A DNA stretch of 64,000 nt from Candidatus Poribacteria bacterium (lineage in GTDB: Bacteria > Poribacteria > WGA-4E > WGA-3G). Made by a program: the position numbers and the translations under genes. Below the pieces are notes generated by a model. That model saw only the letters and a program-made list of their open reading frames with translations. It was not told where the DNA came from and made no database searches. Location: contig OZ244048.1 in assembly GCA_965215265.1 (NCBI GenBank), positions 2,848,001 to 2,912,000 of the forward strand, in the 5' to 3' direction. Positions within the stretch are counted from its first letter, which is position 1; every line of letters begins with the position of its first letter. Shown in pieces: positions 63,000-64,000 of the stretch.

Positions 63000-63482
63000 A
63001 TGTTCCAACTCAGAAACTTGTTCATTGTCTTCTTGGCACTGATGCCTATTATTGGATGTTCGTCCGGAAAATCGGGGTTTGACGTAGCGTTGTCGGTTAC
63101 TGGAATGACTCGCGTAACCTCTATTTGGAATGTCATGAAAGCCTTAAAGAGCGTGGAGGCGTTGGAAATCAACGGTAATTTCTATCAGATAACCGGAGTT
63201 AATTTTCCTCTCCGTGATATGCACTATCAGGTAAAAAATAGCAGAGATGCGGATGAACCCCTGCGGATCCTGGTTATAAAAAATAAAATCGGTTGGCGTT
63301 TGCAACCTGATGAACCGAAGTACTTTTTCATTGTGGTGACAACTGAAGCTGAAGGTGTTCCCAAAGTCGCCGTCACGCAAGTGCTCATAAAACGTATCAC
63401 AAACGGGCTTGTGCCAGCCGTTGAACGCCTCGGTTTTCAAGGAAAGGTGGAAAGTGTCAAACCGTTTGATAGGATTTTTTAA
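63000..63482 (+). CDS. Lipoprotein with degenerate HMA fold (RxxS in place of UxxC)
   Basis: IIGC lipobox; LSVTGMTRVTSIWNVMKAL aligns in register with LNVTGMTUGACTSKVQAAL; AVERLGF at C-terminus. Confidence 0.7.
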   Translation: MFQLRNLFIVFLALMPIIGCSSGKSGFDVALSVTGMTRVTSIWNVMKALKSVEALEINGNFYQITGVNFPLRDMHYQVKNSRDADEPLRILVIKNKIGWRLQPDEPKYFFIVVTTEAEGVPKVAVTQVLIKRITNGLVPAVERLGFQGKVESVKPFDRIF

Positions 63483-63814
63483 ACGACTACCCGGTTAGAT
63501 TTCAATATCTGTTTTCGAAGGAGAATTTTGAAATGCAAACTCGACACCGTCAACGTTGGGGGGTCCTGAATCTAAAGACCTCCCTACCCGAGTTTTGGTA
63601 AACCGCACAAAGTCAATTTAGGACAACGTTTCCGAATAAGCAAGGTTGCCTCGCCGGCCCCGCTGCTAGATGTTCATAAGTAGATTTTAGAATGAATGAT
63701 ACATATTGATAATCTCTGCCAGTGCCTGATCTGATAAAAAAAGCGTTTTTTGGAAAAAATGGGTAACCTTCGTGAAAAATAGGCCTTTTCCCGAAAAATT
63801 ATGCTTTTTTTAAT

Positions 63815-63843
63815 TTGACAAAAACTGGTTTAGAGGGTATAAT
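63815..63843 (+). promoter_or_regulatory. sigma70 promoter
   Basis: TTGACA-17nt-TATAAT. Confidence 0.65.
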
Positions 63844-64000
63844 TATAAATAATCTGATTTCAAAAGGGCAATTTTCAGATTTTAATCGCAAATATGTCTC
63901 GCGTTGCATCTCACTTTTCCATAGAGAGTCTTGTAAGAGGTCATGAGAACAATGAATAGATACTGTCATGTTAACATTTTGATTCGTTGTGTATCATCAA

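Overview
Bacterial chromosomal window (~45-48% GC by eye). Three PhyH-type dioxygenases, a sulfatase, LamG proteins ending in a 'TxWGxxK' tail and a PorV-like barrel suggest Candidatus Poribacteria; this is an inference from gene repertoire, not a database result. Core content: a heme operon (hemE, MBL-TPR, hemH, hemY, multiheme cytochrome c); the tRNA Thr-Tyr-Gly-Thr / rpmG / tRNA-Trp / secE-nusG-rplKAJL cluster, here without tuf or rpoBC; rpoZ, mqnC, ppiD, sucC-pgk-proS-sucD, uvrB and an M16 peptidase pair. Two signals are missed by the ORF track. (1) Three predicted selenocysteine lipoproteins read through in-frame TGA in T-U-G-x-C motifs with SECIS-like hairpins: one peroxiredoxin-like protein and two tandem heavy-metal-associated (HMA) proteins, followed by a metal-site-dead paralog. 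(2) A ~29.5-39.9 kb accessory region holds two tandem modules: ECF sigma factor, a ~97% identical structured 231-nt leader, a secreted small protein with conserved signal peptide but unrelated mature part, a membrane-anchored protein, and a GT-C glycosyltransferase. The region also carries triplicated ECF-type promoter motifs and a family of ~61-bp palindromic repeat elements. Many accessory genes carry nonsense or frameshift lesions.
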